A stretch of 64,000 nt of DNA from the human T2T-CHM13v2.0 reference genome, Homo sapiens, in the NCBI RefSeq assembly GCF_009914755.1, contig NC_060929.1, one strand, 5' to 3'. The translations under genes and the position numbers were made by a program. Under the pieces are notes generated by a model. That model ran no database searches. It had not been told where the DNA came from and saw only the letters and a list, made by a program, of their open reading frames with translations. Shown here piece after piece: positions 15,240 through 34,789 of this stretch; within the stretch, counting starts at the first letter, position 1; each line of letters opens with the position of its first letter.

Positions 15240-17960
15240 GCAGCGAGGTTTTAAAATCATCCCCAATCCCCTGTCCCCATAAAAAAGAACAGATCAACTC
15301 TAATAGCAAAATCCAAGGCCCAATGTCAACATCTTAATAAAATCTAGATGAACAAGATATTCTCATGAACCCCAAAATATGAGCAGGTGGAGAAAAACCA
15401 CCAATAATAATTAAAGATCCATATTGTCTATGCAGGAGAGAGGAATGAGGCATCTGACAGACCTGAGACCAGAATTCTAAAACTGGTAGTAGGTACTCAC
15501 TAAAAAGCAGAGTTAGACTAATTTGGGAACAGTTACCAAAATTGGGAAGGGTTTTTGCACACTCCAATGAAGATGTGGGTGTATAGGGCCCAAGGTAAGG
15601 TCTAAAGGTGCTGAAGCTTGGCCTTGTGGACCTTTATAATTACAAAACTCTATTAGAGAAGAAAGCCTCACACCCAGAGTAGACTTCTGAGAGCAGAATC
15701 CAAATGGGGAAGCATGGGGTGACAGAGATAAAGAGAAAAGAAGGCCTAGATAAAAGAGCAGAGGAACCATATGTCAAAATACATAAGGCCATAAAAATAC
15801 ATTTTTTGGCTGGGTGTAGTGGCTCATGGCTGTAATTTCAGCACTTTGGGAGGCAGAGGCGGGCAGATCACTTGAGGCCAGGAGTTTGAGACCAGCCTGG
15901 CCAACAAGGCAAAACCCCATCTGTACAAAAAAATAGAAAAATTAACTGGGCGTGGTGGCATGCAACTGTAGTCCCAGCTACTTAGGCCAAGAGGGGAGGA
16001 TCACTTGAGCCTGGGAGGTTGAGGCTGCAGTGAGCCATGACTGCACCACTGTATTTCCGCCTGGGCAACAGAGTGAGTCCCTGTCTCAAAAAAAAAAAAA
16101 TAAATTATATATATTTTTTAACATATATATTATATATATATATTTGCATATATGTAAGATTGTGTTCAAAATCAACACTAAGTTCTAAGAAAAAAAGGCA
16201 GAATAACAAAGCATATCAGAAAGACATGCTTTTGAAACTGTTGAAAAGTATGACTTACTATTTCAAAATGTGCTAAAAGGCTAACGAAATAACATTAGGT
16301 AGAAAAGAACTATACAAGTCAGAATTAGAAAATCTTAGAAATGATGTAGGAGAATTCAGAATTAGAATTATTTCAGAAATAGAAACTAAAATAGAAGGTA
16401 CAAAACAGTGAATAAATTCAACAGATAATGCCTTACATAGAAGGTAAAAATAAAAGTTTCAATACATTAAAGAGAAATGAAGGATTCCAAAGGAAGTGGT
16501 CAATATAGAAAGTAAGCAAAGAATATTCAACATATGTATGATAGAAAAGTCACAAAGAAAAAATAAAAATGGAAATTTAAAAGTAATTTAAATTCAAAAA
16601 GCTAACACTCAAGAAAACGTTCCTAAAATAAAAAAGAGACGGAGGCTGGGTGCTGTGGCTCATACCTATAATCCCAGCATTTTGGGAGGCCGAGGTGGGA
16701 GGACTGCTTGAGACCCGGAATTTGAGAACAGCCTGGGTAACATGGCAAAATGCCATCTCTACAAAAAATACAAAAAAAAAAAAAAAAAATCTGAGCCTGA
16801 TGGCACACGCCTGTAGTCCCAGCTACTTGGGAGGTTGAGGTGGGAGGATCGCTTGAGCTGAGGAGGTCAAGGCTGCAGTGAGCTGAGATTAAGCTGCTGC
16901 ACTCCAACCTGGGTGACAGAGAGATACCCCATCTCAAAAAAAAAAAAAAAAAAAAAAAGAGAGTGAGACTGACATGAGTACCTAGCAAAATCAATCTAGA
17001 ATGATCAAGGTCAAGCTATATCCTAAAACAACTTCTGGGCTTTATAGAAAAAGGAAAAAATATTTGGGCAACTAGTCAAAATCTCAAGTCACTGACATAG
17101 GAAAGGAAATAAGATTGTCATTAGACATCATTCCAGAAGAAATGAAGTAACATTCCTTGAACATACTCAAGGAAAGTAAACATGAGCCAGAGATTTAATA
17201 GGTAGCTAAATGCAACAAGTTTTTATGTACATAAAAGAACCAGAGAATACTGCTCCCATGTACCTTACCTGAGGAATGTACTAAAGAAAGATTTTTTTAG
17301 ACAACCAAAATGGAAAGATATTGGCATAAGAACGAAGGGTGAATGTTAGATGTACTTTTACCCATAAAACTATGATGGTTATAAAAACAGCAAACATCCA
17401 GGCAAAGTAGATACTGTACAATAATTAAAAGGAGAGAATGGTGAGAGAGAGAAAAAATAAAATATTCTTGTTGATTGTTTTATAGTTACTGATGTGGTAA
17501 AAGGGTGTTTATTCAAATGAGATATTGATGGGTAGGGATGAGAGAGTAAACAAGAAATGAACTAATTTTCATATTGCTGGAGAACCAATAGATAATAATG
17601 AAAGGATGTTTATTCAAATGAGATATTGATGGATAGGGATGAGAGAATAAAAAAGAAATTAACTAATTTCTATATTGCTGGAGAACCAACAGATAGTAAT
17701 AAAAATAAGATGGGGGAACTAAAGTTATTTTAGCGTAAATGTAAAAGTAACCATTAAAAACAAAACCCTTCCAAATACCAAATATATTGAGAGACCAATA
17801 TATCACATAATGACATAATGAAATCTAAATCACATAATGAAAAACTAGTGCGATAAAAGGCTTGCATATTTATAACATAAAACAATATGAAGTGAAAAAA
17901 GTAATGTGCAAAGAAATAGACATAGATATTTGCTTTTAAAAAGGCTAAATAACAATATAT
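15240..17960 (+). mobile_element. Old L1M 5'/ORF1-like region with two sense Alus (15808-16100, 16644-16958)
   Basis: A-rich decayed L1 ORF1-like sequence (less certain). Both Alus are clear. Confidence 0.6.
17500..17701 (+). repeat. Tandem duplication, two ~101-bp copies at about 90% identity
   Basis: AAAGG(G/A)TGTTTATTCAAATGAGATATTGATGG...GCTGGAGAACCAA occurs at 17500 and again at 17601. Confidence 0.92.
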
Positions 17961-17969
17961 GTGTGTGTA

Positions 17970-20790
<2,821 letters not shown>

Positions 20791-20907
20791 GGGAGGCATA
20801 AACATGTGGGCTGCCGGTGGATGCCTGGCCCCAAGGCAGTCAACCTACAGATTCACAGCTAGAGACCTAGGACCTAAGCCACATGGCCTGAAAAGATGAG
20901 CTATTCT

Positions 20908-22100
20908 ATATTGGTCAGGATCCTCTTGGCTTCAAGTAACAGGACACCCGAGTCAAAGTAGCTTAAACCTTAAGGATACCTCATGTAACAAGAAGTCTGA
21001 AGGTAAGTGGCTCGAGGGCTGGTCAGTTTGTCAGCTCAAGGATGTTGACGCCCTCTTCTGTCAGTTTCTCTGTCGTTCTCTTGGCTTTGCCTCATGGGTG
21101 CACGATAGGTACAACCGCGTCATGCATCATGTCCTCATGTGACATCCAAAGCAGGCAGGAAGCGGGTGGGCCAGCTCCCTCTCAGGCCTCCCCCTCTCGT
21201 ATCAGGGATAACACTCTTTCCCATAATCCGCCCCCCAGCCCCGCAAAAGTTCCCTTACATCTCAGCGCTCTTACAAACCAATGATGTATTCACCACCTGA
21301 GGTTGTTCACCTGAACAAACCTGATGAGGAGGGTGGTTGCTGAGTGGGCAGCCAGCGGTGTTGGCCACAGGAGCCAACCAGACTCCCCCCGCTCAGGAAA
21401 CTAAGCCTAGAAACGCAACTTGTGTGTGCTGTTAGCAGTCCAGCTGATGGTGAATGGACAAGAAGTTGAGGACATGAGCCATGTATAAGCCAAGGTTAAG
21501 ACAAAAGAAAACACCATCTCTATCCCTGTAGTGATAGAGGGTGAGAAAGCCATTTGGTAGGGAAAGTGAAATAGAGCACATGGTCTGAGTCAGTGAAGCT
21601 GCCCTTAGGGTTAGAAATGGCTCCCCCAGCTGCCTGGATCCCTGATGTTTTCTGGTTAAGATTTCAGTTCCAGGCCACATAGAATGGACTAGTCAGAACT
21701 CCTTATTGGCCAGTAACAGAACAAAATACTGCCCTGGCATCAAAGAGGAATTAGTTTAAAATGTTCAGGAATGTCTTACTATCTAAGGCAAGAATTGTAG
21801 GAAGTGTAGCCAGGCCTTACAAAGTGCTAGCACCAGGTGGCTTCTCTTTGACTCTTGTCTCTGTGTTTCTCTACTGAGCATTTTATTCTTATCTCTGCAG
21901 TAGATAAGCAAATATCTTCGCATCTGGTCTCCAATGTTATTATCATACATCCACCCACATCTCCTGAATTCTCATTAAAGTTTTGACGCTGCTGAGAGCC
22001 CATGTGGTAGACAGTCCCTCGGTCCTACTTTCAAATTCCCAGAGGAGAGAAGCTGAGAAGCCTAAGTTGGGTCAGATGTCCAATCTGTCAAGTCCATGGG
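20908..22100. mobile_element. Two old MaLR/ERVL LTR remnants (~20908-21370 and ~21690-22100)
   Basis: Both start with tagtcagga/ttggtcagga-like sequence and caagtaacag, typical of MLT1J-L. Confidence 0.5.
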
Positions 22101-22215
22101 CTTCAGGTCACAACAGATAAATAGTGGGTAAGGAGGAGGAGTATTAGGAGAAAGGGGTCACTGATGTAAGGCCGCAAAGATATCCCAACGGCATCCACTA
22201 TGATCCCCTTAAAGT

Positions 22216-22423
22216 ACTGGTTCTCAAGGTTGGGGGTAGGAATTCCTCCCCACCCCCACTTTTGGCAATGTCTGGAGGCATTTTTGGTTATTACAGCTTG
22301 GGGGGTGGATGCTACTTCCATCTAATGGGTAGAGGCCGGGGTGTTGCGAAACATCCTAGAATGCTCCTATGACAGAAAATTACTTTGTCCAAAATCTCAA
22401 TAGTACTGAGGTTGAGAAATCAT
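22216..22423. mobile_element. MER20 (hAT-Charlie MITE)
   Basis: tggttctcaa...tttggcaatgtctggag...gggtagaggcc...gaggttgagaaa. Confidence 0.85.
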
Positions 22424-23914
22424 GCTCCCCTTTTGATCCTGTAATGGGCCTTTCCACCAAATGGAGCATCGGTATTCACAGAGCACAAACCCATGCCTAA
22501 TATGTAGGAGGACTCTTAAATATTTGCTGGACAGAAGGTGAGTGAAAATACCATTCTAAAACAGGGTGGACACTGATTCTACTTCTGATTACCCAGGTTC
22601 AGGGTGTACTCTGGGTGAAGCCACCATGGGAGCGCACAAAGGCAGGGAATGGTGAAATTCTTGCCTTGGGGAGTGGAAGGTAGGGGTGTGTAGAACAGAA
22701 GATGGAATAAGCAGAAACAGATGCAAATAGAAGACAGAACCATAAACCCACGCACAACTTGCTCTTGCAAGTGCTCACAACACAAGTAGCAGCTGCTTCT
22801 CTGGTACCTGCCCCTCCTACACACCATAAGGGAGAGCTGCCGAGCCTTAAGTCCTAAACAGCTGTAGGATATGATATAAGCATCTTTCCCCCCAGTAATT
22901 CGTCGGGCAGGCAGGTACAGGCTCCAGGCCACTGGGGTTTCTTTTTTGGTTTAGTAGATACATGTGCTTTCATTTCTTAAGGAACATTGTCAGCCTGAAA
23001 TCTTAGAAAAACAAAAACACCTGTAAATAATTCAGAGTGAAGACAACTCCAGAAATAAGGAGAGGGAAGAGTTTGTAAGGCTGAGTATTTTCCTAAAACT
23101 CCTGACAACCAGAGTCTACTACTGGGCAAAGGAGAATAAGTTTTCTGGCAGAAACGCCAGAAAAGTTAGATAATGCAAAGTCTTTGCTGCCCTCTACTGA
23201 TGAAAATGAAGACTAACGTGTGGTTTGAGAGGAGAGAGGTTTTTCAATTACCATTCCATTTTTTCATTTACTTTTTCAACACCTATTTACTCAGCTTATA
23301 CTTGGTGCAGGTGATGTGCAAAGCATTGAGTACAGTAGCAAAAATTACAGAGCAGGTGCTTGTTCTCATGAAACTTACAATCTGCCAAAGGAAACCAATT
23401 TTGTATGTCAACAAACAGGAAACATTTTAAGGTTGTTGAAAGTGCTCTGAACGTTAACAGGCTAATGTGGAGATGTGTGGGTGGGGGAGACGGGGTACAG
23501 GGGGATGGCAGGCAATTTAAGAATGGAAGGTTGTGACAACGCCAGCTGTGCCAGGAGAGGCCAAGAGCTTTTCATGCAGAGAGAGAAGTGGGTGTAAACT
23601 CCAGAGACAGAAAAGTGCTCCCTGGGTCCTTGAACTCCGTGCAGGAGCAGAGGGCTGTGTGGAGAGGCCAGAGAAGTGGGCAAGTACCAGTTCACAGAGG
23701 GTCCCAGTATTTTGCCCAGGAGCTGGGATTTTGTTTGGGATACATTTTATTCAGAAGAGGAAGCTATTGAGCATTTGCTATTTTTGTCTTTCAAGGACTA
23801 TTTTTTTTAATAGTACATACTCGCTACAGGGTATCAATAAAGATTTTTTTTTCCCAGAAATATCAGAAAGTTTAAAAAGTGCATACATTAAATAACTATA
23901 TTAACATCTAGAGA

Positions 23915-24211
23915 AGCCGGGCGCAGTGGCTCACGCCTGTAATCCCAGCATTTTGGGAGGCCGAGGTGCGTGGATCACTTGGGGTCAGGAGTTCAAGACC
24001 TGCCCGGACAACATGGTGAAACCCTGTCTTTACTAAAAATACAAAAACTAGCTGAGCGTGGTGCCACGCACCTGTAGTCTCAGTTGATCCAGAGGCTGAA
24101 ACACGAAGATTGCTTGCACCTCGGAGGCGGAGGTTGCAGTGAGCCAAGATCGCACCACTGCACTCCAAGCTGACTGACAGAGCGAGACTCCATCTCAAAA
24201 CAAAACAAAAA
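23915..24211 (+). mobile_element. Alu (AluS-type), downstream of an L2 remnant (~23240-23700)
   Basis: Sense Alu. TSD CATCTAGAG. Confidence 0.93.
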
Positions 24212-26028
24212 TCATCTAGAGGATTATTTTGTCTTCTGTGTGGATGATGGACAGTAGGGCAGCGGGGCAAGAGGAGGAGACAGAGCCAGGTGGTGCTGTG
24301 TGGGAGTCAAGCTGGGAAGATGGACAGAAATGAATGGATATGAGGTGGCTTTGGTGGTCTCACCTTCAGGACCCTCTGGTGGGTTGGATGTGGAGGACAG
24401 TGACACGGAGAGAGCTGCCAAGGCTGTGAGGACAAGAAAATCAGCTATGACACACGTTTGAAGAGCAGTGGCACCTGCAGGCTCCATCCCTGGCTCTTTG
24501 CTGGCCAGTGGGCCAGGGCCATTTGCCTGCCCACCATGCTCTCTCCTCCTGCCTAGTCTGGGTGATTACACCTGACAGGGTTCAGAGAGGCATCCCTCAT
24601 AAAAATGGCCATAAAGCCGTTTGCTAATACGAAGCCTCCCATAAATGTCAGGTGATGAGAATTACAGCCCCGCAGGCTCATAAAAGAGCGTGTCATGGCT
24701 TGAGGAAGCCACAGCGACGGTGAGGGCACCAGACTGTCTTTCCAAGCTGTATTTTAGTTTCGGGGAAGATATGACTGGAGGAAGTGCAGTGCTGGCTGAG
24801 GCCAAAGTGGCTCAGAACCTTAAGTGAAAGGCCCAGTTATGAAACCTGTCAGCAAAGCTTCCGTCCCGTGGCCCAGGGCTTCTTCAAGGTGAAGTGGAAT
24901 GTATTCTGAACTTGTAGAACTTAGCCAGGAGGAGTAGGGGCATTAGTGAACCTGGCCTCAGGCAGCCTCTGATTCCGGGGAATAAACAACATACTGTTTC
25001 CTACTTTTTCCAATCCTTGACCCACCTGTCAGCTAATTAGTACATAGCCCAGGTGTTCTCTCTGCCTTGAGCTGCTCCCCTGCTTACCATCTGTCTAGCA
25101 ATCCTTTGATGCACCCCATATGTCTCACAGCCCTGACCCCCCAACCTCTTTCTTTCTCTCCCTTTATTTTTTTTCTCTCTCTTTCATGTCCAGTCAACAT
25201 TCAGCTAAAAATCGCTGGTATCCTATAATAAACATGACATTGTGCTGGGATTCTGGAAACCAGGCTGGGGGCAAAGAAACATGATATGAAGACCCCATCC
25301 AGAAGAAGTTACACATCTAGGACAGGCAGCTAGGTGAGTAACTTCTTCTGAGAGCACATCCACACTTAAAAAGTAAAACAATAGTAAATAATTGTGGCCA
25401 ATATCAATATTGAAGGCTGATTGCATGCCAGGTACCTGCCAAGGGCATTAGCTCTTGTGGTCCTCCTGATAACCTGTTGAGGTGAGTACTACTATGATTC
25501 TCATGTTGAGATCAAGAGGCTGAGGCTGGGGAGGTGGGGACCTTTGCAGGGCGACATAGCCTGTGACCTTTTTAAATGCAGGTTGGCATGATCCTGAAGC
25601 CTGTATGCCGCTCGGCTCTGGCACATCAACCAGGATAAACTGAGGCTCCTAATAGTATGGGCATATCCTGCATGCTGCTCCACTTCTGGGGCCACTCTGC
25701 CTTTTGCTCGCTCTTAACTTTTCTTCCACACACACCACACATACATGTGCACACACACACATCTTGATCCATAATCCCATCCTGACCCCTATCCTTTGGA
25801 TCCTAATGACATTTTGACATTGAATAAAAATTATGCAAAATTATTGCCTGCTCATTGAGAGAGCAATTTCAGGAACAAACACCAATAACCCCAATAAATT
25901 CCAATAAACTCAACATAATAATTAGCCTTAATAAATAATAAACACCAATATATTTTTGAATCAATTTTTATATTACATAACGTTGTTTTAATTTTGGGGA
26001 TTAATTCTTTTTGGTTTCCTAAAGTGGT

Positions 26029-26328
26029 TTCTTTTCTTTTTTTTTGAAACAGGGTCTCACTCTGTCGCCCATGCTGGAGTACAGTGGCATGATCACGACT
26101 CACTGCAGCCTCAACCTCCTAGGCTTAATTGATCCTCCCAACTCAGCCTCCCAAGAAATAGCTGGGACCCCAGGCGCGTGCCACATGCCAGGCTAATTTT
26201 TGTATTTTTTGTAGCGATGGGGTTTCACCATGTTGTCCCGGCTGGTCTGAAACTCCTGGGCTCAAGTGATTCACCCACCTCGGCCTCCCAAAGTGCTGGG
26301 ATTACAGGCATGAACCACTGTGCTTGCC
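26029..26328 (-). mobile_element. Alu (AluJ-type)
   Basis: Antisense Alu dimer. Confidence 0.92.
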
Positions 26329-26877
26329 CTAAAGTTATGTCTGGCAGTTCTTTATGTAAATTTTAGAGTGAAAATTTAATCATCAAGAGTTCTGTCTGCA
26401 TCAAATTGTACCAATTTTAGGTATTATTTGTGTGAGGTTTCTTCAGTGACTTATTTTTACCAGATCCAATTTTCCTGGGTCAAATTTTGCAGATCTGCAT
26501 TTCAAGATTTGCTCCATTTTTAGTCAATATCACATTTTTACCACATACAATCAGTCATAGCCATTTTCAGTTTTAATTTGTGTTGGTTATTTTTGCCAGA
26601 AATATCCCTTATAAATTGAACAGCAGATTAATGGTTTATTTACTCATTTCTTATTCAACGGGATGAGAACATTGAACAACATTAGGCAACAGAGAGAGCT
26701 AGGCAAAACAGAGACAAAGACTCAGAGATAAAGATAGCAATAGGAAATCAAATTTTAAGAGTAAAAATTATATTTATGGTAATGGTAATAGCTAATATTT
26801 ATTGTGTACTTCTTATGAGCCCTGTTCTAAACACCTTAAATAGGCTTATATTCATTTAATCTTCACAACAACTCTTT

Positions 26878-28076
<1,199 letters not shown>

Positions 28077-28554
28077 CACAACAACTCTTTGCAGAGATGT
28101 AATTATCATTTCTATTTTAAGATGGGGAAACCGAGGCACAAAGACTGGAAATAAATTGTCTCAAATTATGCAGCTAGTAAGAGGCAGATCGGGGATTCAC
28201 ACCCAGGCAGCCTGTGACTGAGAAAATGCAGCTGTGCTTGTATATTGATTGCTTACTTCTTGGTACTGCAGCATCCAAATGTCCCCTGGAACAAAATGTT
28301 GGAGTGAGTCAAAATGTTCTTTCATTCTATGCTTTTCTGCCACCTGAAATACCCTCCTACACCTTCTGTGCCTAACACCATTATATGCTTCCTTATGGGA
28401 GTCAGACTGACCTTGAGAAGGAGGGGACCATTGCCCACAAAGCTGGGTCTCCTGACCCTCTACTGGGACTCCCAGCATCTGAGCTAACTGCTGTTTGAAT
28501 GCTTATCATCTGTGCTGCAATTCCCTTTGCTTCTTAGTCTCTCTCAATAGAGCT

Positions 28555-29499
<945 letters not shown>

Positions 29500-29603
29500 A
29501 GCCTAAGATTCTTAAGAAAAGGAGTTGGCTCTTATTGCCAGTGTTTCCATTTCCTACTATAGGACTGGTACAAATTAAAAAGGTTATGAAAATTATCAAA
29601 TAA

Positions 29604-29635
29604 ATGCTCCTTGGCCTTTTGGCTAAGATCAAGTG
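29604..29635 (+). pseudogene. 3'-truncated, tailless U2 snRNA retropseudogene (about the first 33 nt of U2)
   Basis: ATGCTCCTTGGCCTTTTGGCTAAGATCAAGTG versus U2 5' end ATCGCTTCTCGGCCTTTTGGCTAAGATCAAGTG. Flanked by 15-bp direct repeats at 29589-29603 and 29636-29650. Confidence 0.92.
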
Positions 29636-30009
29636 AAAATTATTGAATAATAATTTTGCATAAACAAATGTGCAATTTCACTAACAAGGTATTCTACTAA
29701 TAGTTACTTGCTTTATTATTTACTGTCAAGTATGATTGTTTTGGCTTAACATGTTCTTCTGCATTAAAGAACTTGTGATCTTTCATGACAGTTCTGGGAA
29801 CTTATTCAAAGCTCATGAAGTTTTGATGTTCTGATGCAAGTGACTGGGTTATGGATAAACATTTAATTTCTACATTCGTCCACTTTCTATTTTGTTCTAA
29901 CAATCCCATAGTATCTGGTGATAACAGAGTTCACCAGCAAGGGAGTTTGGATATGATACAGCATAAGCTAAAATCTAAAATCAGAATAAGTCTATATAGA
30001 ATATGTCCT

Positions 30010-30044
30010 GATTGGTGCAAAAGTAATTATGGTTTTCGCCATTA
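30010..30044. mobile_element. Half MADE1 (Hsmar1 terminal inverted repeat)
   Basis: TTGGTGCAAAAGTAATTATGGTTTTCGCCATTA matches one MADE1 arm. Confidence 0.75.
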
Positions 30045-30089
30045 ATAACTACAGACTTGATCTATGAAGTAGTTAAGTTATCCTAATGT

Positions 30090-31390
30090 ATTAACCCAGG
30101 CTGCTGAAGTCAGAAATCTTAAGGTTGTCTAAAGCTCCCTGCCTTCCCTACTCAAATCCAATCCATCAACCAGTTTTGTTGATTTTACCTTTTAAATAGT
30201 TCCTGAATCTGTCTCCTTTTCTCCATCTTTGCTATCATTGCCTTCAGTCAACGTCTCATCATGGTTAATCGCAGCAATGTTCTACTGTCTCCCCAGCTGC
30301 AAGCTTGCTCCAATTCATTATTCTCACTATAGTCAGAGTGTTCTCTCTAAGAAGCAAATCTAATCGTCACTCCCATACTTGAAACCCTTAAATAATAACT
30401 TCATATCATCTGCAGAATAAAATATGACTCCCATCCTCCTTTCTAGGTCCATTTCCTGCTGCTCCCCTGTACACTAGTGCATTAGTCTTGATAACGTCCT
30501 TGTAAGTTCCTAAAATTACTTCCAAAATGCTGTCCCTGATGCATCCTTTCTTGGTTCTTGTTTACTTCCTCAGTTTCCACCTTCACAACGGAGTCTCCCT
30601 CCAAACACAGTCCCTGCTTCTGTGTTTCTGCCTAACTACAAAGAGTATGACATAAAGATTCAGAGCAAATGCAGTAGTATGTGGTTGCCAGACTACCCCA
30701 CCTAAGTTGTATGAGTTTAGGCAACTCGCGTAAGCTTTCTAAGCCTCAATTACCTCATCTGTGAAGTGGGGCTAGTTAGTAGCTGTGATATGTAGATTGT
30801 CATGGGGAATTAAATGAGAAATTCCAGGTAAAGTCCTTGCGTGTGCTAATCACTTAGTAATTACTAGCCATTTGTCTTGGCTAATATTTAGTTTGTTTAC
30901 TTCTGCTAGACTGTGTGCTTCAAGGATAAAGACTCTTGTGTCTTTAGCAACTATGATAGTAACGGGCACAAAATAAGTATTCCTTAAATGTTTGCCAAAT
31001 GGACAAATGAATGGATGATTATCTTCTACACCCCAAATTGGAACACTTGATCTCACATGTTTGAGTAATGGAGAAGAGTTTAAATAACTTCTAAAATAGT
31101 GAGTTATTGCTATAGCGATGAAAAAATTATTACCCTACCGCATGTCCTGAGATTGGTGTGGTTAATGACACACTGCAGGTGTTGAGTTTAGAAAATTGTA
31201 AGAGACAAACAACACTTTCAGTCAAATTTAACTGGGGAAGCATAATATTGTAAAGACCTGGGTTCTGGTCCTGTCTCTGTCACTAACGGGATGTGTGACC
31301 ATGAAAAAGTTAAAAATTGAACTCTCAGTCTTTATTTCCTCATCTGTAGACAAATGATGCACAAGATTATCTCGAAGATCCTTTCACTTT
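30090..31390. mobile_element. Cluster of L2 and MIR remnants
   Basis: L2 motifs (atccaatccatca, aatgaatggatga) and MIR cores (gcctcaattacctcatctgtgaagtgggg). Confidence 0.65.
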
Positions 31391-32527
31391 GGCAATCAAC
31401 TGCTTTTGTAACTTCTCAAGGTGATAAATTACACTTTCAATTTGGGGAAATTGTATACGAAAGTATATGAAATAATTGCATTATAATAGTCTTAACTACT
31501 GCTGCTATTTAATGTTCCTGAGATTTTGTTGTTATTGTTGTTGTTTTTAACTTTGAGAAACAGAAAAATTTTAATGGTAAGAATTTATAATTGGAATGAA
31601 CCATAAAAGAGATAATTGTTGTTGATACAAGAGGATAAGAGAGAATCCCCACTTACTGCCCCCGACCTGGCCATGTTCAGTAAAAGAACTAGCATTGGCT
31701 TTATACAGTGGATATGATTAACTGTTTATGTTAATAAGCAAGGAGACTATATATGTATCATTAATAATTATGGGACAAATTCAAAGTTTCTGAGAGTTAA
31801 ACTAGTAAAATGCATACACAATGTACTTAGATATAGTCATCTATGTTAGTAAATGAAGAGATTGCAAATGTGTGGTTAATTATTCTAGGAAAAACACAAA
31901 CTAGGGTAATCTTAGAGAATATGATCATTGTTTAATAAGTGGAAACCTAAATAATCATATGGTATTTTATAGGGAAAAAATTGTGGAAACAAACATAGAT
32001 GGTCAACCTAAAGCAGGGTACTCTAATCTATGGCTCTCAGATTCCAGGTGGTCCATGAAATTGCTTTAAGGATCTGCAAATTTATGAGTTTACTAACCAT
32101 TCGCTGTCTGTTGGCTGAACCAGCCAATGGTGTTAATAATCAAAATGATTCCCTCTCTTTGTTTCCTATAAACCACAATAGAAAAGAACACACCTCCTTT
32201 TTTTTTTTTTTTTAATCCTCCTCACTGGAGAAGTAGGCTAAGCTATCTGTGTAAGGAAGAGGTTCTTGGATAGGACAGAGAGTTCCCCAATGCAAGGGCA
32301 GGCACAGTTGGTCCAAGTAGAAGGTGTATCTTTATTTGGAATATGAATTATCAGGCTTTCATGGCCCAAAGCTATTAAAAATTAAAATTAAATAACATTC
32401 TTCCCTTGTTCTGCTTCTAATCTCATTGAACTGCCTTCTGATTATTTTGCTTGCTATGTATGTTTGCCCACAGGGAGGACAGGAGCAGCTGGTCCACCTG
32501 ACAGTTGTAATTTTTTTCATAAATTAA

Positions 32528-32872
<345 letters not shown>

Positions 32873-33035
32873 TAGCTGAGTCTTTTCTGGGGACGTCTCA
32901 CTGGGTACTGCTTGCGCTTACCATTAGATGAGCATCTTGTCTGATCCTCTTATTTTGTAGATGGACAAATTGAGGCATCATAGTATACCTATGGTTTTCA
33001 CCTTTCTCAAAGGTACTTAGCACCTTTGAGAACTA

Positions 33036-33777
<742 letters not shown>

Positions 33778-33825
33778 AACATTAACATATTATATAATCA
33801 TGGTTCATTGATCAAACCACAAAGG

Positions 33826-33826
<1 letters not shown>

Positions 33827-33867
<41 letters not shown>

Positions 33868-34086
33868 AAATATATATATATAAAATATATATATATAATA
33901 TATATAATATATATATATAAAAATATATATATTATATATATATATATATATAAAATATATATTTTAATAGAGATAGGGTCTCACTGTGTTGCCCAGGCTG
34001 GTCTTGAACTCCTGGGCTCAGGCAATCCTCCCACCTCAGACTCCCAAAGTGCTGTGATTACCAGTGTGAGCCACTGTGCCTGGCCC
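33827..34086 (-). repeat. ~135-bp interrupted (TA)n tract forming the tail of an antisense Alu monomer (33963-34086)
   Basis: Read directly. Confidence 0.9.
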
Positions 34087-34789
34087 TTACAATATTAATT
34101 AAACAATGAACTTTATTTGGATTTCCTCAGTTTTCCCCACCAGTGCCCCTTTTCTGTGCCAGGATGTGATCCAGGACACCACTGTACATTTTAGTCATCA
34201 TGCCTCCTTTGTTGCCTCAAACTGTGACTGTTTCTCACTCTTTATCTGTCTTTCATGATCTTGACACTTTTAAGAGTATTGATCAGGTATTGTGTAGAAC
34301 GTCCCTCAATTCAGATTTGTTTAATATTTCCACAACTTTAGACTGAGGTTGTGGATCTTGGAGAAGAATACCATAGAGGCGAAGCGGCCTTCTCACCACA
34401 TCATGTCAGGGATGTACACTATCACTGATGATATTAATTTCTTTTTTAATCTTAATTTTAGTAGAGACAGGGTTTCACCATGTGTGTCAGGCTGGTCTTG
34501 AATTCCCAGCCTCAGGTGATCTGCCTGCCTTGGCCTCAATCTTTTTATTTTGAAAGTTAGTAAGTAAAGAAAAAGAATTAAGCATTTACTCACTTTTAAA
34601 ACAGAAACTATTTTCAGGTAACTAAATCGCCTCTGTTGTCAAAGGAAATCTCTAATTTAAGGAAGACTGTCAGTGAGCAAGTGTGGAAGGTAACATATAA
34701 TTGGAAAATCATCAGTTTGCCACCCGTAAGGAAAGTATTGATTCAGGAAAGGATAAAATCATTAAATCGTTAGGTTAATGGTTGACAGG

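Noticed and set aside
32111-32127. TTGGCTG-AAC-CAGCCAA palindrome resembling an NFI site
   Set aside because: The spacer between TTGGC and GCCAA is 7 nt, not the required 5. A 7-bp stem is expected by chance in 64 kb.
33808-34098. Ile/Tyr-rich 96-aa ORF
   Set aside because: It is the translation of a (TA)n microsatellite plus an Alu monomer.
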